Of a stretch of DNA of 47,855 bases, positions 1 to 12,300 are shown one piece after another. A program made the translations under genes and the position numbers. The notes below the pieces were generated by a model that did no database searches, was not told the DNA's origin, and saw only the letters and a program-made list of their open reading frames with translations. Position 1 is the first letter of the stretch. Every line of letters starts with the position of its first letter. Origin of the DNA: Candidatus Wallbacteria bacterium GWC2_49_35. GTDB taxonomy: Bacteria; Muiribacteriota; UBA9980. The stretch covers positions 1 to 47,855 of the forward strand of contig MGFH01000153.1 in assembly GCA_001791795.1 (NCBI GenBank), written 5' to 3'.

Positions 1-1
1 C

Positions 2-3000
2 AATGAAAGTGCCGATCACGTGACGGTGTTCAGCGGCGCGACGACCAACGCGAACACCACCTCGCTACTGACCTGCTACCAGTCCAGCGACGCGGCAGGC
101 TCTCTCGTAATCGAAAAAGGCTCCAAAACCGGCGTCGACCTTTCTGGCGCATACAATTTCACCGCAAGTTCGAACGGCGGAGTGATCGGCACCGGAAAAT
201 ATGTACTGTACACACTGACCAACGAAAATAAAAACGTCTCGTCATACACCGTGGACGGAACCATTCCGACCGCCCCGACTCTGCCGGCTGCGGCCTCTCT
301 TATAGCGGCCGGCGACGGCGGCGCTTTCGCGTCGGCGGGCTATGTCAACAGCGCGGGTAAACTCGCCGTCAAAATGCGGCCGGCGCTTGCCCTTTTAACG
401 GGCGAAGCGGTAAGCGTAAAAGTCACTGACGAAGCCGGCACGCCTAATGTAATAAAAATGAGCGCCGGAGCGCTTTCGGGCGTCACGCCCGTATTCGGCG
501 AACAGACCGCCGGGGTTACTTACAGCGGAAGCGGAAATATCACAACCGGCTCGTTCGATTTCACGACGATGTCAACGGCGGACCTTTCTGTCGCTGCCGC
601 GCTAACCAACACTAACGGCAATTCTTCGGCGTGGAGCAGTCCTGCCATAGACATTATCTACGATACCGGAAACGCAGCGCCCGCAATCACTATCGCCGAC
701 TGCCTGGCTACCGACGACGACGGCGACGGCAAACTCAATACACTGGCATTAAAATTCAGCGAAACTATCAAGATAAACGGCACTTTGAGCAATACCGCCG
801 ACGCGGGCAGCTTCCATAACGGAATCACCGTTCACAACGGAACGGCCGACGCGCCCCTGATCGTCACCGGTTACAGCGTCTCAGGCGACAATAACGACAA
901 GCTGATCATCACCTTCGACGACAGCGTTACGGGCACCGGCCGCGTTAAAATCAATATAGTCAACGCCCACGCGTCGAATTTCCTGAGCGATTATTTCGGT
1001 CTGAAACTCGCCGCCATAAACCTGAACGCCTCTGACGCCCCCCATACGATACTCGACATGGTCGCTCCCGCGCCTTCGAAAATAATCGCAGACAATTTGT
1101 TTTATAATAACGCCGTCGGAAGCGTCACTCTTGCGAACTCCGACATCTCATGCGGCGAAACGGCCAAGCTCGAAGTTTACTTCGGAAGCGACCCGACGGA
1201 AGTCACCGTCGCAACGGCCTTCAAGGCAACCGCGGCTTCTCACGTCATCGGAACGCTTATTTCAAGCATCGCCTCGCAAAACAGCGTAGGCGTTTACTAC
1301 AGGCTGGTCGACGATTCGAGCAACAAATCAGCATGGGTGTCCGACGGCAGCGTTCCGACGCCGCCGGCCTCGGCTAATATAAGCTGGTCCGACGAGACCA
1401 GCAAATTCACGGTCGCCAATTTAACCATCGGCGACACGGCTTCTATTTTAAGGATCTACCGCAGAGACGAGAACCCGGCGACGCCGACCTATACATATCT
1501 CGGCCGCGCAGTTACCGACGACACCAACACCGACAAAAAAGGCGTTTACGCCATAGGCGTTCACTGGGCCAAGCAGGACGGCGGTTGGGCCGTAAAGGTT
1601 TACAACGACCCGAAGCATTTCGTAGCCTACACGCTTTATAACGATCACGGCAACGAATCGGCCTACGCGATCGACGCCAACGCCGCTCCCACGGCGCCCG
1701 CCGCCGCCAAGCTCTTCGTCAACGCCCAGGATAAGACCATCAACTATTCGTCGGGCCTCAACGGCTCCGACAATACCGGCTTGCGCCTCTGCCTGAAGGT
1801 CAAGCGCGGCGTTTCGGAAGCGGTCTACAAATCGAAGACCCTTTTCACGAACAACAATTCGTCGGTATTGACCTTCATGGCCGATTTCGACCGCACCACG
1901 ACCACTTCGCTCGACGATTTCCCCGTCGTAGGCGACGCCGTCGAGTACGCCCTCGAAACCGAGACGGGTAAAATTTCGGCCTACACCGCCGACGGAACGA
2001 TCCCCGCCGGAGCGCTTAACGCGGGTAAATTCAACTATAACGCCAGCACGAACCTCGTCGGTTATCTGGCGTCGATAAACGGCACGGCCAACACGTCCTA
2101 CAAATTGTACGTCGAAGCCGTCAAAAGCGCCGACAAGGTAGTTTTCTATTCGAGCGCGGCCCTTGTCGAGGCCACCGCCACACGCAATCTGGGCACCGAT
2201 TTCACGAGAACGGCCACGCCCGCAGGCAACGAAGCCAACGTTTACAGCACGGCCCCGGCGCTTGTGGCCGGCGCTTCCGTCAAATACGCGCTTATCGATA
2301 ATACCAGCGGAAACATTTCGCCGGCGGTAACGGTAGGAACCGTTCCCGCGGCGCCCGACACGACTAAACTCGCTTACTCCCTCGCCGCTAAAACAGTCAC
2401 CACGCAGAGCGCAGTGAGCACCAACACCAACACCGCCTCCGTATTGAAGTGCTATCAGGCCGATAACACCAACGGATTAAATCTCGTTGAAAAAGGCACC
2501 AAAACCGGAATTAACTTTAGTACGACCGGCACCGTCTTCACCGTAGCGGATATCGCGGCCAATAAATACGCGCTTTACACGCTGACCGATGAAAACGGGA
2601 ACACCTCGGCATACGCCGCGGACGGCATGGTTCCCGACCCGCCGCTAGCCGCTAAACTTGCATATTCGGCCATCAACGGCGACGTCAGCGTGACGCTGGG
2701 CGTCACTACCAACACCAGCACGCTATGCATAATAAAATGCTATCAGGCCGACAGCGCGGCCGGCGCCAATTTAACTCCTGAAAAAGGCTCTAAAACAGGT
2801 ATCGATCTCACTTTGAACAACGCGACATTCTCCGCTATCGCCAACGGCGGAATAATTGCGGCGGGCAAATACGTCATATACACTCTCACCAACGAGAACG
2901 GTAACACTTCGAATTACACCGCCGACGGCACCATTCCGCAGGCGCCCGGCACCGCGGCGTTAAGCGATCTCGCGATACGCCAGGGCAGCGCGGGAAAATA

Positions 3001-6000
3001 CAAAATACAGCGCGTGGACGCGACGACGGCAAGCGATATAACCGCTTCCATGGACGTTCTTTTCACCCTCGACAGCGGAACGGTCCTTACCAAATGCGGT
3101 TCGACCGACGCGGCAAGCGCGTACACGTTCGTCGCCGACATAGGCGATGTCAGCGCGCTGCTGGTCGGAATGACCCCGAAGTACGCCTACAGGAACCCCG
3201 CGAGCGACAATATCAGCTCGCTTTCGGCCGCCGACGGCGCGGTCCAGACGCTGAGCTCCGCCTCGCTCGAACCTATGGGAGGCGTTATCACCTTCACCTA
3301 CTCCGCGGCGATCAACGGCCTGCCGACGCAGGAAGACTTCGACACAAGCAAATCAGGCGTCATGGCTCTCGCCGCGAACGCCGCGGGAACGCTTGTCGGC
3401 ACGCCCGCCGAATTCGCCGCCAACTGGACCATCTCGGGCGACGACAACATCACCCAGCGTATTTTCACTATAAAATCAGGCGCGCAAAGAGCGCAGAGCG
3501 TAACCGGTCAGATAATGGTATTCGGCGACGGCACCACCGCCGGCGGAAAACTGTTCAACCTCACCGTGATCGGAACTAAAAACATATTCGAGTCTTCCGG
3601 TGGAAATATGCTCATTCCCGCTTCAGCGGACCGCAAGATATCGTTCAACGTCACAAGCGACCTCACGCCGGTTCTCAACGGCGCGAAGGGCGAAACCAGC
3701 GCGGGCGTGTTCACTCCTCTGGCAAACGGCATATCAATAACAAACGGCGGCAATTTTCATCTTGAATTCAATAAACCCGTCGTAGCCAATCTTACCACTT
3801 TATCCAACTCGACGACCACGGCGTGGGCTTCGGGAACCCCGCCCGTGTTCAACGCGGCCGGCGCGGCCCTGCTCGCGAGCAATTTAGTCACTATGGTCCT
3901 GGACAACACGGCCAACCCCGGCGCGGTAACGACCAACGACTCGATAACGGTCACAAAAACCTCGGTCAAAGACCTTATGGGCAAATCGCCGGACACCGAC
4001 TACAAGTTCACCGTCGCATCCGACGTCTCAAAACCCGTGTACAACACCATCGCCGTGCAGAGCGCGGCCTACAATAACAACGTCGTCGCACTGACATTCT
4101 CCAAGAGCGTATGGTGGGGCATCAACCTGACCGACCCCGCGCACATAACCGCCACGGTCGGCGGCGTCGGCCGAACGGTCAGCGCGATCTCGCCCAGAGC
4201 GAAAGGCTCAGCGGCGACCACTCTCAACATAACTCTGGCCGGTGCGGCTATTACCGACGGCCAGGCCGTTACCGTGACCATAACCGGAACCGGCGCGGCT
4301 AACATCAAAGACAGCACCGCCAACGAAAACACTCTCGATACGGGCGTGCTGATACGAAGCACCAATTACGCCGCCGATACGACCCCGCCGTCGTTCGATA
4401 GCATCTCCGTTCAAAGCGTAGCGCTTGGCGGAAACGTAATAAAACTCACCTTCAACGAACCCGTATGGTGGTCAGGGCTTGGTTCCGGCGATATTACCGT
4501 ATCCATCGGCGGCGAGAACAGAACGCTTTCAAAGATAGACGACGCAGTATTGCCGAACAGCCGCGTAAAAGCCTCCGCGGCGACCACCGTGAACATCACC
4601 GTCGACGGCGCGGCGATAACTAACGGCCAGGCGGTATTCATAGCCATCACACTCGCCGGCTCGGCAAAGATCAAAGACAATTCATATTCGGAAAACGTGA
4701 TGCAGGGCTCGCAAAACAAGACCGTAACCGCGTCCGTAAGCGCCTCGCCCAACCCTAACCACTTCTTCGCCAACGCGCGGACAAAAAACATAACTATAAC
4801 CGGTTCCACGGCCAACGCCACGGCCAGGATCTACGTTAACGGCACTTTCCAGCAGTCGGTAATACTCGGCTCCAACGGCGGCGGCTCATTGACCTTAAGC
4901 TCGCTCGCGGCCGGAAACTCGATGTCATACTCACTCACCGAAACGGGCAAGATCGAATCGGTGGTCGTTCTCGACGGAAGCATTCCCCAGGCAACCATCG
5001 ACGGCGGCGGCAGTACTTCCCTTTCGCTTTGCATGCAGGCTGCCGGCGTTACCGATAAAGTAAAATCAAACGCTTCGATGGTCGGATCCGGATGCTATCT
5101 GCTGGTCAATAACGCAAGTTACACCGGCTATGTCGCATCCGCCAACCTTACCGCCAACACATGGGTGACCCCGAAGTCATCTCGCGGCGGCGTCAACGAT
5201 ATGCCGCTCGACGCCGGAACGGTATCCTATCAGTTCGAGAACGTCGACGGCAACGCGAGCCCGGAAATTTCGGACGGCAGCATTCTAGCTGCGCCTGATT
5301 CCGCTCTCATACATGCAGGCGCAAACGGCATGATAACTTCCAGCTCCGGACTCGCCAGCGCGACCTACACCGTTTACTACACAGTCGGCTCGAATCCGCC
5401 GGTATCGACTTTAAATGAAAACACCAGTAAAATGCTTATAAACAACACGGCATCGGCAACAACCATGGTTCTTCCGGCTGTCAACAGCACGGTCGTCGGC
5501 GATGTTATTCAATGGGCGACCTACGATTCAGGAACCGGCAACTACTCGGAAGGCAGCCTCGGCGAAACACTCGTAGGCGTCGGCAACGAAGCCTCAGCTT
5601 ACAAGAATCAGGAAAAATACGTAACAACTTCCGTAACCGATATATTCGTAAGCCCCAGCAGTGAAGGCGTAAGTTATCTTAAAGTTCTATTCACCGGCGC
5701 CATCGTTGTAACGATTACCGGCGACGAGCTTTCGAAATTGACCGAAATAAGCGGACCGGTCATCGGCGCGACAAATAAGGTAAATTCCACTATAACAGCA
5801 GTAGCCGGAAAAACATCCACCAAGGTAAGCAAAGTGTTGAAGATCGCGAACAAACTCACGCCCCCAACCTTCGGTGTCCATCCTGGAACTACCAAGTTCA
5901 ACCTTACATCGGCCACCATGAAGATCACCGACGCGTTCGGTAACGCCGTATTCCCCGCGACGGCGGGCGCGACGGTGAGCACGACCGGCACAACCGAAAC

Positions 6001-6010
6001 CGACGACTAA
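2..6010 (+). CDS. Large repeat-built secreted/surface (S-layer-like or adhesin) protein, 5'-truncated by the window edge
   Basis: The frame is open from base 2 (N-E-S-A-D-H-V-T...), so the GTG at 20 is not necessarily the start. The protein is Thr/Ala/Ser/Gly/Asn-rich. A recurring module ends in Y-x-L-x-[DN]-x-x-G-N-x-S-x-Y-x-x-D-G-x-[IV]-P-x-x-P. There is a DDDGDGK Ca-binding-like loop near 713-733 and two Ig-like repeats with LTF-x-x-x-VWW at about 4022-4730. Confidence 0.75.
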   Translation, partial: NESADHVTVFSGATTNANTTSLLTCYQSSDAAGSLVIEKGSKTGVDLSGAYNFTASSNGGVIGTGKYVLYTLTNENKNVSSYTVDGTIPTAPTLPAAASLIAAGDGGAFASAGYVNSAGKLAVKMRPALALLTGEAVSVKVTDEAGTPNVIKMSAGALSGVTPVFGEQTAGVTYSGSGNITTGSFDFTTMSTADLSVAAALTNTNGNSSAWSSPAIDIIYDTGNAAPAITIADCLATDDDGDGKLNTLALKFSETIKINGTLSNTADAGSFHNGITVHNGTADAPLIVTGYSVSGDNNDKLIITFDDSVTGTGRVKINIVNAHASNFLSDYFGLKLAAINLNASDAPHTILDMVAPAPSKIIADNLFYNNAVGSVTLANSDISCGETAKLEVYFGSDPTEVTVATAFKATAASHVIGTLISSIASQNSVGVYYRLVDDSSNKSAWVSDGSVPTPPASANISWSDETSKFTVANLTIGDTASILRIYRRDENPATPTYTYLGRAVTDDTNTDKKGVYAIGVHWAKQDGGWAVKVYNDPKHFVAYTLYNDHGNESAYAIDANAAPTAPAAAKLFVNAQDKTINYSSGLNGSDNTGLRLCLKVKRGVSEAVYKSKTLFTNNNSSVLTFMADFDRTTTTSLDDFPVVGDAVEYALETETGKISAYTADGTIPAGALNAGKFNYNASTNLVGYLASINGTANTSYKLYVEAVKSADKVVFYSSAALVEATATRNLGTDFTRTATPAGNEANVYSTAPALVAGASVKYALIDNTSGNISPAVTVGTVPAAPDTTKLAYSLAAKTVTTQSAVSTNTNTASVLKCYQADNTNGLNLVEKGTKTGINFSTTGTVFTVADIAANKYALYTLTDENGNTSAYAADGMVPDPPLAAKLAYSAINGDVSVTLGVTTNTSTLCIIKCYQADSAAGANLTPEKGSKTGIDLTLNNATFSAIANGGIIAAGKYVIYTLTNENGNTSNYTADGTIPQAPGTAALSDLAIRQGSAGKYKIQRVDATTASDITASMDVLFTLDSGTVLTKCGSTDAASAYTFVADIGDVSALLVGMTPKYAYRNPASDNISSLSAADGAVQTLSSASLEPMGGVITFTYSAAINGLPTQEDFDTSKSGVMALAANAAGTLVGTPAEFAANWTISGDDNITQRIFTIKSGAQRAQSVTGQIMVFGDGTTAGGKLFNLTVIGTKNIFESSGGNMLIPASADRKISFNVTSDLTPVLNGAKGETSAGVFTPLANGISITNGGNFHLEFNKPVVANLTTLSNSTTTAWASGTPPVFNAAGAALLASNLVTMVLDNTANPGAVTTNDSITVTKTSVKDLMGKSPDTDYKFTVASDVSKPVYNTIAVQSAAYNNNVVALTFSKSVWWGINLTDPAHITATVGGVGRTVSAISPRAKGSAATTLNITLAGAAITDGQAVTVTITGTGAANIKDSTANENTLDTGVLIRSTNYAADTTPPSFDSISVQSVALGGNVIKLTFNEPVWWSGLGSGDITVSIGGENRTLSKIDDAVLPNSRVKASAATTVNITVDGAAITNGQAVFIAITLAGSAKIKDNSYSENVMQGSQNKTVTASVSASPNPNHFFANARTKNITITGSTANATARIYVNGTFQQSVILGSNGGGSLTLSSLAAGNSMSYSLTETGKIESVVVLDGSIPQATIDGGGSTSLSLCMQAAGVTDKVKSNASMVGSGCYLLVNNASYTGYVASANLTANTWVTPKSSRGGVNDMPLDAGTVSYQFENVDGNASPEISDGSILAAPDSALIHAGANGMITSSSGLASATYTVYYTVGSNPPVSTLNENTSKMLINNTASATTMVLPAVNSTVVGDVIQWATYDSGTGNYSEGSLGETLVGVGNEASAYKNQEKYVTTSVTDIFVSPSSEGVSYLKVLFTGAIVVTITGDELSKLTEISGPVIGATNKVNSTITAVAGKTSTKVSKVLKIANKLTPPTFGVHPGTTKFNLTSATMKITDAFGNAVFPATAGATVSTTGTTETDD

Positions 6011-6037
6011 AATAAAACCTTAAACTAACCATAAACA

Positions 6038-6083
6038 AAAGCGCATCCGGAAATTCAAATTGAGCCGGATGCGCTTTCGTTTT
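6038..6083 (+). terminator. Intrinsic terminator after the large surface protein gene
   Basis: AAAGCGCATCCGG (6038-6050) pairs with CCGGATGCGCTTT (6065-6077), followed by CGTTTT. Confidence 0.8.
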
Positions 6084-6223
6084 GCCCGCACGCAAACTTG
6101 CCGTGTTTAGTAAATAATTCCAGTTATATTCAATCTTTAAAGTTATTTCAATGAGTTTTTTGTGGTTATTTTTTTCATTAGGATTAATAATAAAATAAAT
6201 TATTTTAATTTATCTTCATATTA

Positions 6224-6232
6224 TGCTATAAT
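6224..6232 (+). promoter_or_regulatory. Extended -10 sigma70-type promoter for the giant protein gene
   Basis: TGcTATAAT in an AT-rich intergenic region; SD AAGGAG lies upstream of ATG 6358. Confidence 0.5.
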
Positions 6233-6357
6233 AGATATAGGCGTCCCTTTTCAGACGCCTGTATTTTTTTGTTATTTTCATTATTTTTTATTTTAATTTA
6301 ACAGTAAAATCAAGGCTTTTTAATTTTTTTTAATAGACGCAAGGAGCGTGGTTTATT

Positions 6358-9300
6358 ATGCTGAAAAATCGTAGATTCGCTTATCTTTGTTTATCCGTCC
6401 TTATTTTTTCTTTATCCGTCATCATTTTTTCGCCTGATCCAGGGCGCGCCTTCCAGTACACGGGCGCGAGCACTAACACCGCCCCTTCAGCCAACAGCGT
6501 CAAGATCATAACCCCTAATTCCCTGACGCCCATCACTTTCGCCCAGGCGCCTACGACCTGCGACTGGTTCTGCGCGGGCGGGCGGACGCTGGTTGCGGAT
6601 TTCGACAACGACGGCGTCAACGATGTAATTGTCGCGAGCCCTTACGGCGAATATAACTTCTCCGATCAGCTGGCCGGCATGGTAATGATCTACAAAGGGC
6701 CGGTCGCCTCCGGCGGAACTTATTCATGGGATAGCGGCAACTGGGACGCCGCTCCCAACACGACCGCAACGGGCTATATACTCGGCGCCAACGTCAAAGA
6801 GCACACGGGTTTCGCCATCGCCGCCGGTAATTTCGGCTCCAGAGCGCTGGTGATAGGCCGGCCATACGAAACGGGCACGCCGTCAGAGGTGGCAGTGATA
6901 TTCACTCGCGCGATCGCCAATCTGAACGGCAACGCGACACGCATAAAACCCAATATGATAGACATGAAACAAATGGGAGACGCCACCCAGACGCTCGGCA
7001 AGAACGACATGAAAAACTTCAGCCTGCTGATCAAAAACATTCCTGGCGCAAACGCTCCCGCGGTCGGCGGAATATATCCGCATAACTCCATCGGGGCGGC
7101 TTCCGGCATGAGCCTCGCCTGCGGCGACGTAACGGGCGATTCCGTCGACGATATAATAATAGGCTGCCCTAACGACGGCGGCACCGCGGGCGCGGTTTAT
7201 ATCATAAAGGGCAAAACCAACTGGAAAGACAACGATTCCAACACAGCGCCCCTCGAAATCGACGTAACCACGATGACGGCCGCCGACGGTTATAAAATAA
7301 CCGGCGTCAACGCTGGCGATTTTTTCGGCGCTTCACTGCTGGTCAGTAATATTTACGGCGACAGCAGGGGCGAACTTATCATCGGCGCGACCGGCGCTCA
7401 GGCCAAGGGCGGCGTCGTTATCATTCCCGGCGGCACCATCGACAGCTGGAACGTGCTTACCTACAGCATCGGACTCATAGCCGAAGCCAAGGGCGTTATA
7501 AGCCCCAGCGGCTCCAACGGCCTGCGCATGGGCCACGCTCTCGCGACCGGAAAATTCCACGATTCCGGCGCGGCGAACAACGATCTGATCGTGACCGAGT
7601 TCGCCGATGCGGACAACGCCACGGCGGCTTACGTCATTTTCGGCAACGCAACGCTTCCCGCAGCCAACCCCATCCCTGTCGATGTAACCATTAAATCCAA
7701 CAAGACCACCGAGCGTTTCGGCTTCTCGGTTTCCTGCGGCGACATCAACGGCGACGGTTTTGACGACATAGCCATCGGCGCGCCGAAAGGCGGCATAGAC
7801 GCCACGACCGGACGCGGAAAGGCATATGTAATTCACGGCATGGCTTATATTTCCGGAAGCGAATTGGATCTCGCCAACGCCGCCGGCAGGCCCTTCATGA
7901 ACTCTACATTTCAAACGCAGGGCAACTACGGACGCATAAATACCGGCGACACTAATTATTTCTTCGGTTATGGCGCCGCCATAGGAAACGTGGGCGGCCC
8001 GAACGCCCGCGCCGAGCTGATCGTATCATGTTATTCTGAAACACCTACTACCACTGGTGTTTTCACCAACGCCGGCTATCAGGGATCGACTTACGTTCTT
8101 TTCACCTCCGCCTGCCCCGCAAAGCCTTCCACCAACCAGCTGGCTTCTCCGTCCTCCAACGGCAATCAGACGGTCACCTGGAGCAATTTTTCCGACCCCG
8201 AAGGCGACACCATGAAATACTACCATGTCCAGTTCTCGCGTGACGCGACATTTCAAGATTTCGCCCAGATAGTCGACAGCGGCGTGATATCTGTGGCCGC
8301 AAACACCACGCAGCACACCGAAAACCTTACCATTGACGGAACCTATCACTACAGAGTGCGCGTCGGCGACGACTACTCTTTCTCGCAGTTTTCGGATGTG
8401 AAGCAGGTCGTTATCAATAAAAACCCGCCCAGCGATGTCACGGACATAACCCCGATCAACGGCCAGGACGTGGTCGCGCTCGGCGGACAGCGCCAGATCA
8501 AAATACGGGTCACCGACGACACGATGTGCGAAACACAGGTCACGGCCGAAATCTGGATCAAATCACAGGACGACGCCAACGCCAACGACGTCTGGGACGC
8601 CGGCGAAGGCGGCACGACCATCGCAACGCCTATAACGGTCGTAGGCGCTATCACTGATTACTCGTTCAACGTCACCGAAGGCCTCGCCAAAGACTCCATC
8701 CGCATATTCATCACCGGCTGGGACTCGGCCAAGAACGTGATCCCCGAAGCGGTCGGCGGTTCGCGCGCGAACCCGAAAATAATTTACCAGATACACTCCA
8801 ACAAAGGCCCTATAGTTTCCGCCTGGCGGATCAATCCCCGGACCGGTTTTAAAAAATACACCAACGACAACAACGCGAAATTTGTCAATGACCCTCAGCC
8901 GATCATCACGGCCAATCTGACCGACGACGACTCGGTGGTCACAAATATAAAACTCAAGGTGCAGGGCACCGAATATGGAGTCGGCCCCCAGCTGAACTAC
9001 GTCGACCCGGGACTGACATTCACGCCATCCACCGATCTTGTCAACGGCTCGCTGCCGGTAGAACTCACCTCGGCAGACGACGGATACGGCAACCCTGTGC
9101 AGCCGATCACCACCACTACCGGTTTCGTCATCGACAGGACCGGCCCGTCCGCCGTCGAAGCGAACTGTCAGCCCGTGAACGGCGGCGCCTCCGACAAACC
9201 CAAGCCGACGATAGTTTTCGCTCTTAACGAATTCGCCAGCGGCGTCGTCGGATGCGGCGTTAAAGATTCTCTGGAAATCAAAATATTCAATAACAACAAG

Positions 9301-12300
9301 TGGACCTACTTCACGCTCGAAGGCAACGACTACAGGGAAAACAACGTCCCTAAGTTCCCCGCGGCCATTACCATAGACGCTTCCGGTGCCGGCACGGGAT
9401 TTTATCTGGTCAAAATCGATCTCAACCTGACCGGGTTGACGCTGAGCAACGGCGCTACGCAGGCCGTCATAAAGGCTTTCGACAACCTCGACAACGCCAT
9501 GTCCGGAACCACATACACCATCAACTTCACCGTCGGTCTCAAGGGGCCGCAGGCTGAAAAAAGGGAACCGCAGCCCGACAACGTAAAGGTCAACAGCGCC
9601 AAGATCAAAATAAGGATCTGGAGCGACGACGGACTGGCTATAGACACCCTCAGCGTAGATCTGAAAGTGTCCGGTCCGCCTCCTACGAATAACGTAATCT
9701 ACCAGAAAATCGGCTGCAACCAGACCGAACTGGTTTACGACGTGCCGACGCAAATATTGACCTTCGATCCGACGAAAACCTCTCCGGCTACGACGTTCGA
9801 ACAGGGAACCATCACAGTCCTTCTCAACGACGTAAAAGATTCGGAGGGCAATCAGCTCAGGTCACGCCCGCTGACATGGACCTTCGTCTTCGACAGCGTA
9901 GGGCCGGCCGCCGGCACCGATACGGTCCCCGCCAAAGACGCGTGGACCAACAATAACAAGCAGATAGTAAAAATGAAAGTGTCCGATGTTACCACGAAGG
10001 TTGTCGGCACATCGATAAAGTTCAAGGTCGACGGAAATATTTATACGACCTCCTCGCTCGGAATGAATTACGACCCGACGACGGCATGGATAACTTTCGA
10101 CCCGACCACGCAGGCGGTGACATTCGCCGATAAAGTGATCAACGTCGAGCTTGTCGAGGCGTTCGACGAAGCCGGCAACCCGCTCACCGCCGGCGCCAAC
10201 AACACCTGGTCGTTCAAGGTCGACTCGACGCCCCCAGTGGCCGCGAACTTCGACCCGCCCGACAAAGCCATACGAAACATAAACACCCTGCCGATAAAAT
10301 GCAGGCTGACGGACACTTTTTCAGGTATAGACACAAATTCCGTGACTTTCAAGATCAACGGAACGCAGATAACCACCTATACCATAGCCGGCGACGGAAC
10401 GCTCAGCTATAACGCTACGCTGCCGATCGGCGTGAACACTTGCGAAGTGAGCGTAAAAGACATCGCTACCAACACTCTCGCCGTCACCCCCGCCGTATGG
10501 ACCTTTACAATCGACAACGGAAGAATGCAGGTCATAAACGACGCGACCTCCCCCGATCCGGCTGACAATTCATATACCAACACCGCCAAAAACAATTTTA
10601 CGCTGAAAATGACTAAAACCTCATCCGGCCTCGACACCGCCTCCGTCACCTTCGACGTTCTGCACGGCATTCCCGAAGCCACCATACTGGGTGTCGTCAC
10701 GGCGGAAGAAAAGAGCGACCATTATCTGCTTAAATGGACGTCCAGCGCGGGCGACTTCCTCGAAGGTCCCGTCAAAATAAGCATGACCAAGTGCCAGAAC
10801 CTGGCCGGCTGGAATTTCCTGAACGCTCCTTTCAACTGGAAATTCACTTACGATAAAACCAAACCTTTCGCGACCATCGATGCGCAATCGCCGTCGCCTG
10901 CGCCGAACACCATCCAGACCAACAATAAGGTGCCGATCACTTTAAAACTTGACGACGCGCTGGCCGGGGTAGACCCCGCTTCGATAACGCTTTCCATAGC
11001 TCCCGGAGGCCAGGCGCCCCCTGGTGCGGACTACACGACCGCAGACCCGCAGATGAATTATGACGCGATCAATAAAATATTGACGTTCACCACGACCAAC
11101 GCCTACCCGGACGGCACTCTGACCGTCACATTAAAAACGACCAAAGACAAGGCTACCAATACTTACGACACCGTTCCGGCGAGCTCGATACCATACACAT
11201 GGGCGTTCTCGATAGACACGCAGCTGCCGGTATGCCTTATCACAAGGCCGCCGAACGACAACGACATAGTCCTGATGAACGACGATTACATAACCGCAAC
11301 GCTGGGCGACCCTCAGGGCATCAATACAGGCGAAATAAAAATCACGATAGTGTCTTCAGTGGACAACACACTGGAAAACATGCTCCCCGTGACGCCGCCT
11401 TATTTCACCTTCACGCCAGACAGCTCGACCAGCGGCACTCTCAAATACGATCCCAAACTTAAAACGCCGGCTCTGAAATTCTCGGACGCGGTCATCGACG
11501 TTTACGTTTACGCGAAAGACAACGCCGGCTTCGCGATAGTACCCAACCCCATCCACCGCGTCTATAAGGTCGACACCACCGGCCCCGTCATGATCGACGG
11601 CTCGAAACCGCCGGTCGCCGATTCGCGCGTCCCCGCGCCGGCCACAACCGTCGGCGTAAGCGCGACCAAGCCACTGCAGATAAAATGCCGCCTCGAAGAT
11701 ATGCCGGGCGGCGTAAAAAGCGATTCAATAACCTACAAATTCACGACGACCGACGCCGGCGGAAACGTTCTCACCGACACTCTTACGCCGCTTAACGTCG
11801 TCAATATAAGCCCGACGGTGGTCGAGATCACCTACACCATACCGAACGCCAATCTCACCGCGGGGGCCATACCCGACGTGTGCACATGTGAAATGGAGAT
11901 CCTGACGGCCACCGACCTGACCACCGCGCTGCATCCGCTTCAGGCTAAAACCACCAACAAGTGGTCGTTCTTCATAAATAACAGCAACCCCATCGCCATA
12001 AACCCTTATCCGGCGCACAACTCCGTCATCACCTCGAGCTCCGAAGAAGTAGGCCTCACGGTATTCCACGCATTCGGAATAAACACGACCTCTATCGAAT
12101 TTTATTATAACAACGTCCAGGCGCTCTTCCCGAGCAGCCCCGGAAGTTATATCTTCAATTACGACGACCCGACATCGAAGCTGAGTTTCAAACCGCTCGG
12201 AACCGCGACCTCGCAGTGGGTCGAAGGCACCAACACCGTCGAATTGAGGCACGCCAAAGAGAAGATCAGCGGAAAAGATATCGCCAATCCAGTGATCTGG

